Below, piece by piece: positions 16,508 to 25,841 of a stretch of DNA of 32,000 bases. The translations under genes and the position numbers were made by a program. Source of the DNA: an uncultured Clostridia bacterium. GTDB lineage: Bacteria; Bacillota; Clostridia; TANB77; CAG-508. The stretch is taken from contig CATKGX010000102.1 of the NCBI GenBank assembly GCA_949747775.1, positions 1 to 32,000 of the forward strand. Direction: 5' to 3'. The stretch's first letter is position 1; each line of letters opens with the position of its first letter. The notes beneath the pieces are model-generated. The model worked only from the letters and a program-made list of their open reading frames with translations. It was not told where the DNA came from and ran no database searches.

Positions 16508-16795
16508 ATGAGAAAGAAAAACAATAAAGTAAGTAGGCTAGAGCGAATTTTAGAAATTCCAGAAGAACTAAGTAGTAATCAACCCAAGGTTACTATTTTA
16601 GGATTTGAACAGTTACTTATTGAAAATCATAAAGGAATATTAGAATATCAAGACTATTTTATTAGATTAAATACATATATAGGAATAATTAATATTAATG
16701 GATTTAATTTAAAATTAGACGAAATGACGAATGAAGATATTTTAATAAAAGGAAAAATTGATAGTATTGACTTTGAAAATACACAAGAAACTTAA
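16508..16795 (+). CDS. yqfC: Sporulation protein YqfC (YabP/YqfC family)
   Basis: KVTILGFEQLLIENHKGILEYQDYFIRLNT is typical of the family. ATG 16508 follows GAGGGG. It lies directly upstream of yqfD, as in Bacillus and Clostridium. Confidence 0.85.
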   Translation: MRKKNNKVSRLERILEIPEELSSNQPKVTILGFEQLLIENHKGILEYQDYFIRLNTYIGIININGFNLKLDEMTNEDILIKGKIDSIDFENTQET

Positions 16796-16816
16796 AAAAG
16801 TAGAGGAGGAATCGTT

Positions 16817-18001
16817 TTGCAGTTCAAAATATTAATAAATTATATAAAAGGATTTGTAGATATTGTAGTGGAAGGATATTATATAGAGAGATTTATTAAT
16901 ATTTGTACTAGCAAAAATATATTTTTGTGGAATTTAAAAAGAGACAAATCTACAATTCTATATGCAAGGGTAAGTCGAAAAGATTTTAAAGAATTAAGAA
17001 GCGTATGTAAAAAGACAGGTTGTAAAATGAAAATTGTCCATAAAAAAGGTGTATTTTTTGTTTTAAACCAATATAAAAAAAGAAAAGTATTTGTAGTTTT
17101 GTTAATGCTAATTTTAGTTAGTATAATGGCCGTGTCAAATTTTATTTGGAATATAGAAATAGTAGGAAATGAGGCGATTGATAAAAATGAAATTTTAGAA
17201 GTTGCAAAACAAGAGGGGCTAACTGTTGGGAAATTTAAAAATAAAATTGATACGAAAAAGGTAATTAATCGTTTAAGATTAGAAAGAGAAGATATTGCTT
17301 GGATTGGAATTGAAATAAAAGGTACAAATATGATAATCAAAATAGTAGAAGCAGCACCAAAGCCAGAAATAATTAATGAAGAAGAATATTGCAATATTGT
17401 AGCAGACAAACCATGTATGATACTAAAGATAAGTGCTGTAAATGGTACACCCCTAATAAAGCCAGGAACAGTTGTAAAACAAGGAGATATTATTGTAGGC
17501 GGATGGTTAGAAGGAAAATATACAGGAACTCGATATGTGCATGCACAAGGCGAAGTACAAGCAAAAGTATGGTATACCAATAAACAAAGAGTATACTTAA
17601 AAGAAGTACAAAAAGAAGAAACAGGAAGGCTTGAAAACAAATATTCCGTAGACTTAAATAATTTTAAAATAAATTTGCATAAAAGGGTTTCAAAATTTGA
17701 AAATTATGATACAATAGAGGAAGTTAAAAAATTAAAATTATTTTCAGATTTTTATTTGCCAATTGCACTTGTGAAATATACCAATAAAGAATACAAAAAT
17801 GTAGAAACAATTCGAACAATAGAAGAGGCAAAACAAATTGGAATAGAAAGAGCAAAGCAAGAATTAAATGGCCAAATTGAAAATTTAGATAATATATTAG
17901 ATAGTCAAGTTACGACGTATGAAAATATAGAGTATGTTGAAGTTGAAGTTACATATGAAGTGCAAGAAAACATCGGAAGAAAAGAAAAAATAGTCTTTTA
18001 A
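16817..18001 (+). CDS. yqfD: Sporulation protein YqfD
   Basis: 394 aa with a TTG start after GAGGAGG. It has a single central TM helix (VFVVLLMLILVSIMAVSNFIWNIEIVG) and the conserved yqfC-yqfD gene order. Confidence 0.85.
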   Translation: MQFKILINYIKGFVDIVVEGYYIERFINICTSKNIFLWNLKRDKSTILYARVSRKDFKELRSVCKKTGCKMKIVHKKGVFFVLNQYKKRKVFVVLLMLILVSIMAVSNFIWNIEIVGNEAIDKNEILEVAKQEGLTVGKFKNKIDTKKVINRLRLEREDIAWIGIEIKGTNMIIKIVEAAPKPEIINEEEYCNIVADKPCMILKISAVNGTPLIKPGTVVKQGDIIVGGWLEGKYTGTRYVHAQGEVQAKVWYTNKQRVYLKEVQKEETGRLENKYSVDLNNFKINLHKRVSKFENYDTIEEVKKLKLFSDFYLPIALVKYTNKEYKNVETIRTIEEAKQIGIERAKQELNGQIENLDNILDSQVTTYENIEYVEVEVTYEVQENIGRKEKIVF

Positions 18002-18016
18002 AGGAGTTGTTTTATC

Positions 18017-19300
18017 GTGGCGAAGCATCTGCAACATAACAAAGGAAAAGAGAAAGTGGGGTTACATATGGAAGAAAGAAGTTTAAGAGTATATAATGGA
18101 GAGAAAACATTTTTTTCTAAAATTACTAGTACATTATCAAAGTTATTAATACCTACTAAAATAGGGTTTAATAGTATGCTTATTTTAATGAAAAGAAATA
18201 ATGTGTTAAAGGCATATGAAAATACTTTAACAATAGAAGACGCTAGCAGAAAAGAACAGGCTAGTAAAAAATTAGATGACACATATGCATTATATTTAGA
18301 ATCAATTGACAAATATATTATGGATTCAATTTATAAGAAAGTAAAAAATGATACTGCAACTGAATTTGAAAAAGATGCTTTAGCACAATATTATATGATT
18401 ACACATTTAAAAGAAACAGGATACACAGAGTACAAATATAAAAAGCAAATGTATTTAATGAGATTAGATTATGAAACAGTATCTGGCGAAAAGGAAAAGA
18501 TTTTTGATAGATATAAAAAGTTTTATAGCATGGAAATGGAAGTCTTATATAAAGGTCTTTTAAAACATTATTCTATTCGTTTAGCAGATAATTTATCAGA
18601 TGGAGAAAAACAAGAAATATATTACAAAATATTTAAAACACTTGAAGAATATATTTCAAATATTTTACCAATTAAATTAGAACTAGATGAAAACAATGCC
18701 TATAAAGAAATTATAGAATCATATAATAATTTTGAAAGATTTACAGTAGGAAAATTGGACCAAAATGATACAATTGAAAAAAATATGATTTTACTAGGAA
18801 TTAGTAGGAAATTGTTTACACATAGTTTACCACTAGTAGTAGCAGAACAATGTTATATGAAATTATTAGAAGACATTAGAAGTCTAATTGTAGATACTAA
18901 AGTAGCAAGAAAACAAGAAAAGGCATATTCTTTGCTAATTAACCTTATGGAAGAATATAATGTGAAATTACTAAGTACCAAAATTTATTGGGACAAACCA
19001 TCATTAAGAGATGAATATAAAACTTTTTGGGAAGAATATAAAAAGGTAGATTGTTTAAAAAATGCAAACTATGACGAATATATAAAAGAAAAAGAGATTT
19101 TATTTGTAAGAAGTGACTTAAAGAAAGTTTTTACAAATGAAAATAAGTATTACAGAATTATTAAATTTTATAAAAATAAATTAGTAGAATATGGCGCTAT
19201 GAGACAATTACAAAACTATAGTATTTCAGAAGGAACTTATACAAAAGGAGCCAAAAAAGCAAAAAAAAGAAAAACAAGAAAAGCAAAAGTAGCAGTATAG
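18017..19300 (+). CDS. Hypothetical 427-aa helical, Lys/Glu/Tyr-rich protein with a polybasic tail
   Basis: GTG start 10 nt after AAGGAG. No catalytic motif or TM segment recognised. The C-terminus is KGAKKAKKRKTRKAKVAV. Confidence 0.6.
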   Translation: MAKHLQHNKGKEKVGLHMEERSLRVYNGEKTFFSKITSTLSKLLIPTKIGFNSMLILMKRNNVLKAYENTLTIEDASRKEQASKKLDDTYALYLESIDKYIMDSIYKKVKNDTATEFEKDALAQYYMITHLKETGYTEYKYKKQMYLMRLDYETVSGEKEKIFDRYKKFYSMEMEVLYKGLLKHYSIRLADNLSDGEKQEIYYKIFKTLEEYISNILPIKLELDENNAYKEIIESYNNFERFTVGKLDQNDTIEKNMILLGISRKLFTHSLPLVVAEQCYMKLLEDIRSLIVDTKVARKQEKAYSLLINLMEEYNVKLLSTKIYWDKPSLRDEYKTFWEEYKKVDCLKNANYDEYIKEKEILFVRSDLKKVFTNENKYYRIIKFYKNKLVEYGAMRQLQNYSISEGTYTKGAKKAKKRKTRKAKVAV

Positions 19301-19315
19301 TAAGAAGGGTAGATA

Positions 19316-20575
19316 ATGAAAGAAAAAAGCGAAATTATATATAAGGGTATTGAAACAAATGAAGAATATGAAAAAACAATCAAAAAAGTGGTAGAACAAT
19401 GTTTTAAAGTAGAAAATTTGCAAAATACAAATTTATATATGAGCATTACTTTAACAGACCCAGAAGAAATTAAAAGAATAAATAGACAATTTCGAAATAT
19501 AGATAAAGCAACAGATGTCCTTTCTTTTCCTATGTTTGAAAAAGAAGAGATAGAAAAAATAAAAGAAGAGGAAGCACCAAAAAATACGCAAGTACAAGAT
19601 ATTCTAGGTGATATAGTAATTTCTATTCAAAAAGTAGAAGAACAGGCAAAAGAATATGGACATAGCTTTGAAAGAGAACTAGCTTATATGGTAGTACATG
19701 GATTTTATCATTTAATGGGATACGACCATATGATAGAAGAAGATAAAAAGGTCATGAGACAAAAAGAAGAAAATGTACTAGTAAAACTAAACATTGGTAG
19801 AAGTAATGAATTAAGAAAAACAACATCAGAGAAGGATGAAGAAAAAGGAAATCAAACAAAAAATAAGAATTTCCTAGATGCTTGGAAAAATGCAATTAAC
19901 GGAATTATTTATGCAGTAACAACACAAGGCAATGTAAAAAAACAATTAATCATTGCAGTTGCTGTAGTTATTATTAGTTTATTTTTTGAGTTGTCAAAAG
20001 CAGAGTTTCTAATTTTCATGTTCACAATTGTTTTAATTATTTTTGCTGAAATGGTGAACACTGCCATAGAGACAGTAGTAGACTTATATACAGATATATA
20101 TCATCCAAAGGCTAAAATAGCAAAAGATGTAGCAGCAGGTGGTGTAGTCATTACTACAATTAATGCAGTAATTGTTGCATACTTTTTGTTTTTTGATAAG
20201 GTAAGTAATATTGGGTTACAATTTATCAGAAATATAGCCAATTCACCAATCCATTTAGCTTTTGCAGCAGTTATTATAACAATTATAGGGATTCTTTCTC
20301 TAATTGCAATGGCAACAACAAACAAATATAAAGGATTAAATAAGAGCTTTATTCCAAGTGGACATGCAGCTTTAGCCTTTGCTGCAAATACAATTATTTG
20401 GCTAGTTACAGATAATATTGTTATTTTGACATTATCACTTGTGATTGCGCTACTAGCAGCAGAAAGTAGAATTGACTCAAAAATACATAAAACTTCGGAG
20501 GTAATTTTTAGTAGTTGTATTGGAATAATTATGGTACTTATTATTTATGGTTTAGGAACAGTAACACTATTATAA
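19316..20575 (+). CDS. Three-domain fusion: YbeY endoribonuclease + DgkA-type lipid kinase + truncated PAP2 phosphatase
   Basis: YbeY zinc motif HGFYHLMGYDH lies at 19697-19729. The DAGK_prokar region runs NFLDAWKNAINGIIYA...FAEMVNTAIETVVD...AKDVAAGGV. C-terminal PAP2 motifs are PSGH (20354-20365) and SRIDSKIHKTSE (SRxxxxxHxxx[D/E]). It is one uninterrupted 419-aa frame. Confidence 0.8.
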   Translation: MKEKSEIIYKGIETNEEYEKTIKKVVEQCFKVENLQNTNLYMSITLTDPEEIKRINRQFRNIDKATDVLSFPMFEKEEIEKIKEEEAPKNTQVQDILGDIVISIQKVEEQAKEYGHSFERELAYMVVHGFYHLMGYDHMIEEDKKVMRQKEENVLVKLNIGRSNELRKTTSEKDEEKGNQTKNKNFLDAWKNAINGIIYAVTTQGNVKKQLIIAVAVVIISLFFELSKAEFLIFMFTIVLIIFAEMVNTAIETVVDLYTDIYHPKAKIAKDVAAGGVVITTINAVIVAYFLFFDKVSNIGLQFIRNIANSPIHLAFAAVIITIIGILSLIAMATTNKYKGLNKSFIPSGHAALAFAANTIIWLVTDNIVILTLSLVIALLAAESRIDSKIHKTSEVIFSSCIGIIMVLIIYGLGTVTLL

Positions 20576-20594
20576 AATAGAGGAGATGGTTGAT

Positions 20595-21683
20595 ATGAGA
20601 GGTGCTAGAGTAAAAGAAAAAAAGAAAAGTAGTACAAGAATTTTTATTATTGTATTAATGATACTAATTATAATTGCAGGAGCTTTATTTGTGGTAAAAG
20701 TAATCAAAGATAAAAAAGATAGAGAAGCGGCGAATATAAATGAAAATGGGATAGACGAAATTGATACATTGGCAGTTATAGAAGAAAAAAAACAGCCAAA
20801 AACAATGGCAGGAACCACAAGACCAATTGCTTTTATGATAGATAACAATATTAATGCTATGCCACAAGCAGGATTAGAGCAAGCAGATTTGGTATATGAG
20901 TTAATTGTAGAAGGTGGAGAAACCCGTTTAATGATGGTAATGAAAGACAAAAAACTATCAAAAGTAGGGCCACTTAGAAGTTCAAGACATAATTTTTTAG
21001 ATTATGCATTAGAAAATGATGCTATTTATGTACATTATGGATGGAGTCCAAAAGCAAAGTCAGATATTTCAGCACTAGGGGTAAACAATATTAACGGTAT
21101 TTTTGAGAGTTCATCATCTTTTTGGAGAGACAATAATAGATATGCTCCGCATAATGCAGTTACGAGCACAGAAGATGTTTTAAAGATTGCAGAAAGAAAA
21201 GAATATAGAACAACAACGAAAAAAGATACCGTATTAAATTATGTAGTAGATGAAGTAAATTTAGAAAATGGGCAAGTAGCAGATACAGTTACAATACCAT
21301 ATTCAGACCATAATACAGTTAAATATACATATGATGCTGAAAAGAAAGTTTATACAAGATATTCAAGAGGAAAGAAGCAAACCGATTGGAATACTGAAAA
21401 GGCAGTAACAACCAAAAATATTATTATATCATTTGCTAAAAATACGTCATTAGATAGTAAAGATAGACAAAACATAGATAATATAAAAACACTAGATGGC
21501 TACTATATTACAAATGGAAAAGCAATCAAAATTAAATGCGAAAAAACTTCAAGAAGTGCACAAACAGTATATAAAGACTTAGAGGGAAATGAAATTAACG
21601 TAAATGATGGAAAAACATTTATCCAAATATGCCCATTAAATGCTAAAGTAGACATTAAAGCAAATGTGTCAGAAGCACAATAA
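20595..21683 (+). CDS. DUF3048 (YerB-like) secreted or membrane-anchored protein
   Basis: N-terminal anchor, then RPIAFMIDNNINAMPQAGLEQADLVYELIVEGGETRLMMV, which matches the DUF3048 signature. ATG 20595 is better spaced from GAGGAG than 20586. Confidence 0.75.
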   Translation: MRGARVKEKKKSSTRIFIIVLMILIIIAGALFVVKVIKDKKDREAANINENGIDEIDTLAVIEEKKQPKTMAGTTRPIAFMIDNNINAMPQAGLEQADLVYELIVEGGETRLMMVMKDKKLSKVGPLRSSRHNFLDYALENDAIYVHYGWSPKAKSDISALGVNNINGIFESSSSFWRDNNRYAPHNAVTSTEDVLKIAERKEYRTTTKKDTVLNYVVDEVNLENGQVADTVTIPYSDHNTVKYTYDAEKKVYTRYSRGKKQTDWNTEKAVTTKNIIISFAKNTSLDSKDRQNIDNIKTLDGYYITNGKAIKIKCEKTSRSAQTVYKDLEGNEINVNDGKTFIQICPLNAKVDIKANVSEAQ

Positions 21684-21696
21684 AAAGAATAAAAAA

Positions 21697-21739
21697 AGTA
21701 TATTGCAAAATAATTAAAAAGATGCAATATACTTTTTTA
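21697..21739 (+). terminator. Rho-independent terminator
   Basis: AGTATATTGCA (21697-21707) pairs with TGCAATATACT (21723-21733), then TTTTTAT. Confidence 0.75.
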
Positions 21740-21879
21740 TTACAGATATTACATTTATATTACAAAAAACGAATAACTATTGACTTTTTATGGAAATAGA
21801 TATATTTTTAGGGAAGAAAGTGATAGAGCAAAATAAAGGCCTATCATAATGTAAAAACAAAACAGAAAGGAGAATGAAT

Positions 21880-23250
21880 ATGACAAAAAAATTATTGTCA
21901 ATCGTAATGCTAGTGCTTGTTCTTTGTATGCTTATTGCATTAGGAAATTCAGTACAAGCAGCAAACTTAGAAGCAAAAACACCAACACAAGAAACTATTG
22001 ATGGAAAAGTTTTTGTATTTGCAAATGGTACACCAATCACAATCGAATCAAGAGCAGATGGTCAAGATGGTGCTACAATTAAATGGGGAGAAAATGGAAC
22101 AATGGATGTTCCTGCTGATGCCAATATTTTTGGTGGAGGTCACGAAGAAGATGGAGTTTACGCATCATCAAGTATCGTTATGAATGGAGGAACCGTTAAA
22201 ACTGTTTTTGCAGGAGGTCTTCATAAAAGCCACGTTGCAACAGGAAATATTGTTGTTAATAGTGGAACAATAAAAAATTATGTACAAGGAGGAGGAGCAT
22301 CATCTTTCTCAGGTACTACATGTCATAAACCATGGTATAAAGGAAATCAAGAAGGTGCTACTACTGTTGTAGATAATACTACTATAGTAATTAACGGAGG
22401 CAACATGTTTGGTGTATTTGGCGGAGGAGAAGGAATCGCAAGTACAAAAAATGTTGAAGTAACAGTTAATGGAGGTACAATTACTTACCTTTGTGCTGGA
22501 GGAACAAATGGATATACAAACAACGCTACAGTAAAAGTTACAGCTGGAGAAGTTAGAATTATGCAAGGTGTTAACCGTGGAAGCGTAGATTCTATAGAGG
22601 CAGAAGTAACAGGAGGAACAATTGAAAACTTATATGTTGTTGGAGATTCTAGTGATTCAACAGTAACAGGAACAGTTAGTAGTGTAAAAGTAGATGTTGC
22701 AGGTGATGCAATAGTTGAAAATCTATTACCAGGAACAAATGGTGGAACAGAAGTAACACCAGATACTACTGGAATAGAAACAGCAGTAAGCTACAATAAA
22801 GAAAATGTACAAAATATAGATACTTCAAAATTTGCACAAACTTCTCTTACAAAATATGTTAATGTAAAAATTAATAACAATACATATAGATTAGAAGAAG
22901 GAAAAACTTTAGAGGATTTAGATTTATCAGATGTTAAAGAGGTAGAAGGTAAAAACTTTGTGAAATTCGTAGTAGCAGGTACAACTACAGAATTTGATGA
23001 AACAAAAGCAATTACAGAAGATATAGCATTAAGTGCTGTATATGAAGATAAAGTAGTAACTCCAGAAGAAAAACCAGACAAAGAAGATACAAAAACAGAA
23101 GAACCTTCTAAAGAAACAGAAGAAAAAGAAGAAGCAGAAGAAAAAGATGATACACCAAAAACAGGTGTAATCGATGTTACAGTATACGCTGTATTAACTG
23201 CTACAATTGCTGGTGCAGGAATTGCAGTTGCTAGAAAAATGAAAAAATAA
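21880..23250 (+). CDS. Sortase-anchored surface protein with Gly-rich beta-helix-like repeats
   Basis: Signal peptide is MTKKLLSIVMLVLVLCMLIALGNSVQA. Repeated units look like xNGGTVxxVFAGG / VNGGTITYLCAGG / VTGGTIENLYVVG, followed by an acidic linker. The C-terminal sorting signal is TPKTG (23152-23166) plus a hydrophobic helix and RKMKK. ATG 21880 is 7 nt after AAGGAG. Confidence 0.8.
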   Translation: MTKKLLSIVMLVLVLCMLIALGNSVQAANLEAKTPTQETIDGKVFVFANGTPITIESRADGQDGATIKWGENGTMDVPADANIFGGGHEEDGVYASSSIVMNGGTVKTVFAGGLHKSHVATGNIVVNSGTIKNYVQGGGASSFSGTTCHKPWYKGNQEGATTVVDNTTIVINGGNMFGVFGGGEGIASTKNVEVTVNGGTITYLCAGGTNGYTNNATVKVTAGEVRIMQGVNRGSVDSIEAEVTGGTIENLYVVGDSSDSTVTGTVSSVKVDVAGDAIVENLLPGTNGGTEVTPDTTGIETAVSYNKENVQNIDTSKFAQTSLTKYVNVKINNNTYRLEEGKTLEDLDLSDVKEVEGKNFVKFVVAGTTTEFDETKAITEDIALSAVYEDKVVTPEEKPDKEDTKTEEPSKETEEKEEAEEKDDTPKTGVIDVTVYAVLTATIAGAGIAVARKMKK

Positions 23251-23268
23251 AAAATGTTTTTACATAGA

Positions 23269-23300
23269 AAAAGACGTTTCAATTAAGAAGCGTCTTTTTT
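23269..23300 (+). terminator. Rho-independent terminator
   Basis: AAAAGACGTTTC..GAAGCGTCTTTT stem followed by a T-run. Confidence 0.8.
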
Positions 23301-23381
23301 GTAGAAATTTGTTGTATAAAAATCTACTGTTTGATATAATGACAGCATAGAATGAAAATAGAGAATATGGAGGGAAGAGCA

Positions 23382-23864
23382 ATGTGCGAATGTATTGATA
23401 ATAGACTAAAAAAAGAGATGCAAGAAATTATGAAACAGTATAAAGTAGAAAAAGATAATTTAATTCCTATTTTAAATGAAGTGCAAGAAAAGTATGGATA
23501 TATTCCTAAAATAGCACAATTAGAAATTTCAAACTATTTAGGTATCCCAATGGCAGAGATTTATGGAGTTGTAACATTTTATTCAAGATTTACACTAGAA
23601 CCAAAAGGAAAATACAATATATCTGTATGCTTAGGAACAGCTTGTTTTGTTAAAGGTTCACAAAAAATATTAGATAGGTTAAAAGAAAGATTAAAAATAG
23701 AAGAAGGAAAAACGACAGACGATGGAAAGTTTTCGATTGACACAACAAGGTGTGTAGGAGCTTGCGGAATTGCACCAGTTTTTACAGTAAATGATGAAGT
23801 TTATGGAAAAGCTACTGTTAAAAAATTAGACGAAGTATTAGATAAATTAGAGCAAGAGGGATAA
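23382..23864 (+). CDS. hydC: [FeFe]-hydrogenase NuoE-like 2Fe-2S subunit (HydC/HndA type)
   Basis: Thioredoxin-like [2Fe-2S] pattern: ISVCLGTACFVKG...CVGACGIAPV. ATG 23382 is 7 nt after GGAGGG, although the ORF opens at 23352. Confidence 0.85.
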   Translation: MCECIDNRLKKEMQEIMKQYKVEKDNLIPILNEVQEKYGYIPKIAQLEISNYLGIPMAEIYGVVTFYSRFTLEPKGKYNISVCLGTACFVKGSQKILDRLKERLKIEEGKTTDDGKFSIDTTRCVGACGIAPVFTVNDEVYGKATVKKLDEVLDKLEQEG

Positions 23865-23873
23865 GGAGGTCAA

Positions 23874-25730
23874 ATGAAAAGTTTAGAAGAGTTAAGTAAA
23901 ATAAGAGAAGAAAAACGAAAAGAATTGGACTTAAGAAAAAATGTAAATGCAGATACACGTGAAAAGCATATTTTAGTATGTCAAGGAACAGGATGTACAT
24001 CTTCAAAATCTCCTAAAATATTAGAACGTTTTAAAACATTAATAGAAGAAAAGAAAATAGAAAATGTAAGAGTGATAAAGACTGGTTGTTTTGGTTTATG
24101 TGCAAAAGGGCCAATTGTTATTATAAGACCAGAAGATACTTTTTATGCAATGGTTACTCCAGAAGATGTAGATGAAATTATAGAAAAACACATTCTGCAA
24201 GGGCAAGTGGTAGAAAGACTATTATGTAAGGATATTGATGGCAGTAAAGTACAAAAATTAGATGACCTTACTTTTTATAAAAAGCAAAAAAGAATTGCAC
24301 TAAAAAATTGTGGTGTCATTAACCCAGAAAAGATTGATGAGTATATTGCATTTGATGGATACAAAGCCCTTGAAAAAGTACTAAAAGAGATGTCAGCAGA
24401 TGAAGTGATTGACACCATAGACCAATCTGGCTTAAGAGGTAGAGGGGGAGCAGGATTCCCAACAGGTAAAAAGTGGAGGCTTACCAAAGAGGTTGTAGGA
24501 GAGCAAAAATATGTAGTATGTAATGCAGATGAAGGAGACCCTGGTGCTTTTATGGATAGAAGTATTTTAGAAGGAGACCCTCATGCAGTACTTGAAGCAA
24601 TGGAAATTGCAGGGTATGCTATTGGAGCCAATAAAGGTTATATTTATGTAAGAGCAGAATATCCAATTGCTGTTAATAGATTACAAATTGCGATAGAACA
24701 AGCAAGAGACTATGGTATATTAGGGAACAATATTTTTGGGACAGATTTTAGTTTTGATATAGAAATAAGATTGGGTGCTGGTGCTTTTGTTTGTGGAGAA
24801 GAGACTGCGCTTTTAGAATCAATTGAAGGAAAAAGAGGCCAACCAAGAGTAAAACCACCTTATCCAGCAAATAGTGGATTATGGGGGAAACCAACATTAA
24901 TTAATAATGTTGAAACATATGCTAATATTGCTCAAATTATATTAAATGGGGCTGACTGGTATTCTAGTATTGGAACAGAACATTCTAAGGGAACAAAAGT
25001 ATTTGCACTTGGTGGAAATGTGAATAATGTAGGATTAGTAGAGGTTCCAATGGGAACAACACTTCGTGAAATTGTTTATGATATAGGTGGGGGAATTCCA
25101 AATGGTAGAGATTTTAAAGCAGCTCAAACAGGAGGGCCTTCAGGAGGCTGTATTCCAAAGGAACACTTAGATACACCAATTGATTATGAGTCATTAAAAG
25201 AGATTGGTTCTATGATGGGATCTGGTGGACTAATTGTCATGGATGATACAAAGTGTATGGTAAGTTTAGCTAAGTTTTATTTAGAGTTTACAGTAAGTGA
25301 AAGCTGTGGTAAATGTACTCCTTGTAGAATTGGTACAAAAAGAATGCTTGAAATATTAGAAAAGATTTGTAATGGAGAAGGTAGTGAAGTCGATATTTAT
25401 AAGATTGAAAAGTTGGCACACAATATTCAAAAAGCAAGTATTTGTGGACTAGGACAGAGTGCACCAAATCCAGTACTTAGTACTTTAAAATATTTTAGAG
25501 AAGAATATAAAGAGCATGTTGTTCAAAAAGAGTGTAGAGCAAAAGAGTGTAAGGCTATGGCTAAGATTGTGATTGATGAAGAGAAATGCAAAGGTTGTGG
25601 ATTATGCCAAAGAAATTGTCCAGTAGGGGCAATTAGTGGAGAAGCAAGAGAAAATAGAGTTATTGACCAAGAAAAATGTATTAAGTGTGGTACTTGTATT
25701 GCTGCTTGTCCATTCCATGCAATAGGTTAG
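23874..25730 (+). CDS. hydB: [FeFe]-hydrogenase NuoF-like flavoprotein subunit (HydB/HndC type)
   Basis: N-terminal extra 2Fe-2S domain (VCQGTGCTS...GCFGLCAKGP). NADH/FMN site is GLRGRGGAGFPTGKKW and VCNADEGDPGAF. The 4Fe-4S site is SCGKCTPCR. Two C-terminal ferredoxin CxxCxxCxxxCP motifs are present. Confidence 0.92.
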   Translation: MKSLEELSKIREEKRKELDLRKNVNADTREKHILVCQGTGCTSSKSPKILERFKTLIEEKKIENVRVIKTGCFGLCAKGPIVIIRPEDTFYAMVTPEDVDEIIEKHILQGQVVERLLCKDIDGSKVQKLDDLTFYKKQKRIALKNCGVINPEKIDEYIAFDGYKALEKVLKEMSADEVIDTIDQSGLRGRGGAGFPTGKKWRLTKEVVGEQKYVVCNADEGDPGAFMDRSILEGDPHAVLEAMEIAGYAIGANKGYIYVRAEYPIAVNRLQIAIEQARDYGILGNNIFGTDFSFDIEIRLGAGAFVCGEETALLESIEGKRGQPRVKPPYPANSGLWGKPTLINNVETYANIAQIILNGADWYSSIGTEHSKGTKVFALGGNVNNVGLVEVPMGTTLREIVYDIGGGIPNGRDFKAAQTGGPSGGCIPKEHLDTPIDYESLKEIGSMMGSGGLIVMDDTKCMVSLAKFYLEFTVSESCGKCTPCRIGTKRMLEILEKICNGEGSEVDIYKIEKLAHNIQKASICGLGQSAPNPVLSTLKYFREEYKEHVVQKECRAKECKAMAKIVIDEEKCKGCGLCQRNCPVGAISGEARENRVIDQEKCIKCGTCIAACPFHAIG

Positions 25731-25841
25731 ATAGGGAACGTTCAGGCTATCCAGAAAATTATATCATCAATGCTTAAGGCTATTGTATAGGAAGTGTTAA
25801 GCATTGTAATAGCAATATAACCATATAATTAGGAGGAAGAA

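Noticed and set aside
16879-17640. 253-aa minus-strand ORF inside yqfD. The same applies to 2778-3726, 20570-20950, 22309-23282, 26319-26783 and other short antisense ORFs.
   Set aside because: All lie antisense to well-supported genes with recognisable motifs. They are compositionally biased, have no RBS and show no recognisable domains. I treat them as shadow ORFs.
23040-23160. Glu/Lys/Thr-rich repetitive stretch (EEKPDKEDTKTEEPSKETEEKEEAEEKDD) as a possible DNA tandem repeat element
   Set aside because: It is an in-frame low-complexity acidic linker just before the sorting signal, as is typical of wall-spanning regions. There is no exact nucleotide repeat unit.
25731-25841. Hairpin AATGCTTAA...TTAAGCATT between hydB and hydA as a terminator or riboswitch
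   Set aside because: It has no T-run and no conserved riboswitch motif. It is most simply an intercistronic stabilising stem within the operon.
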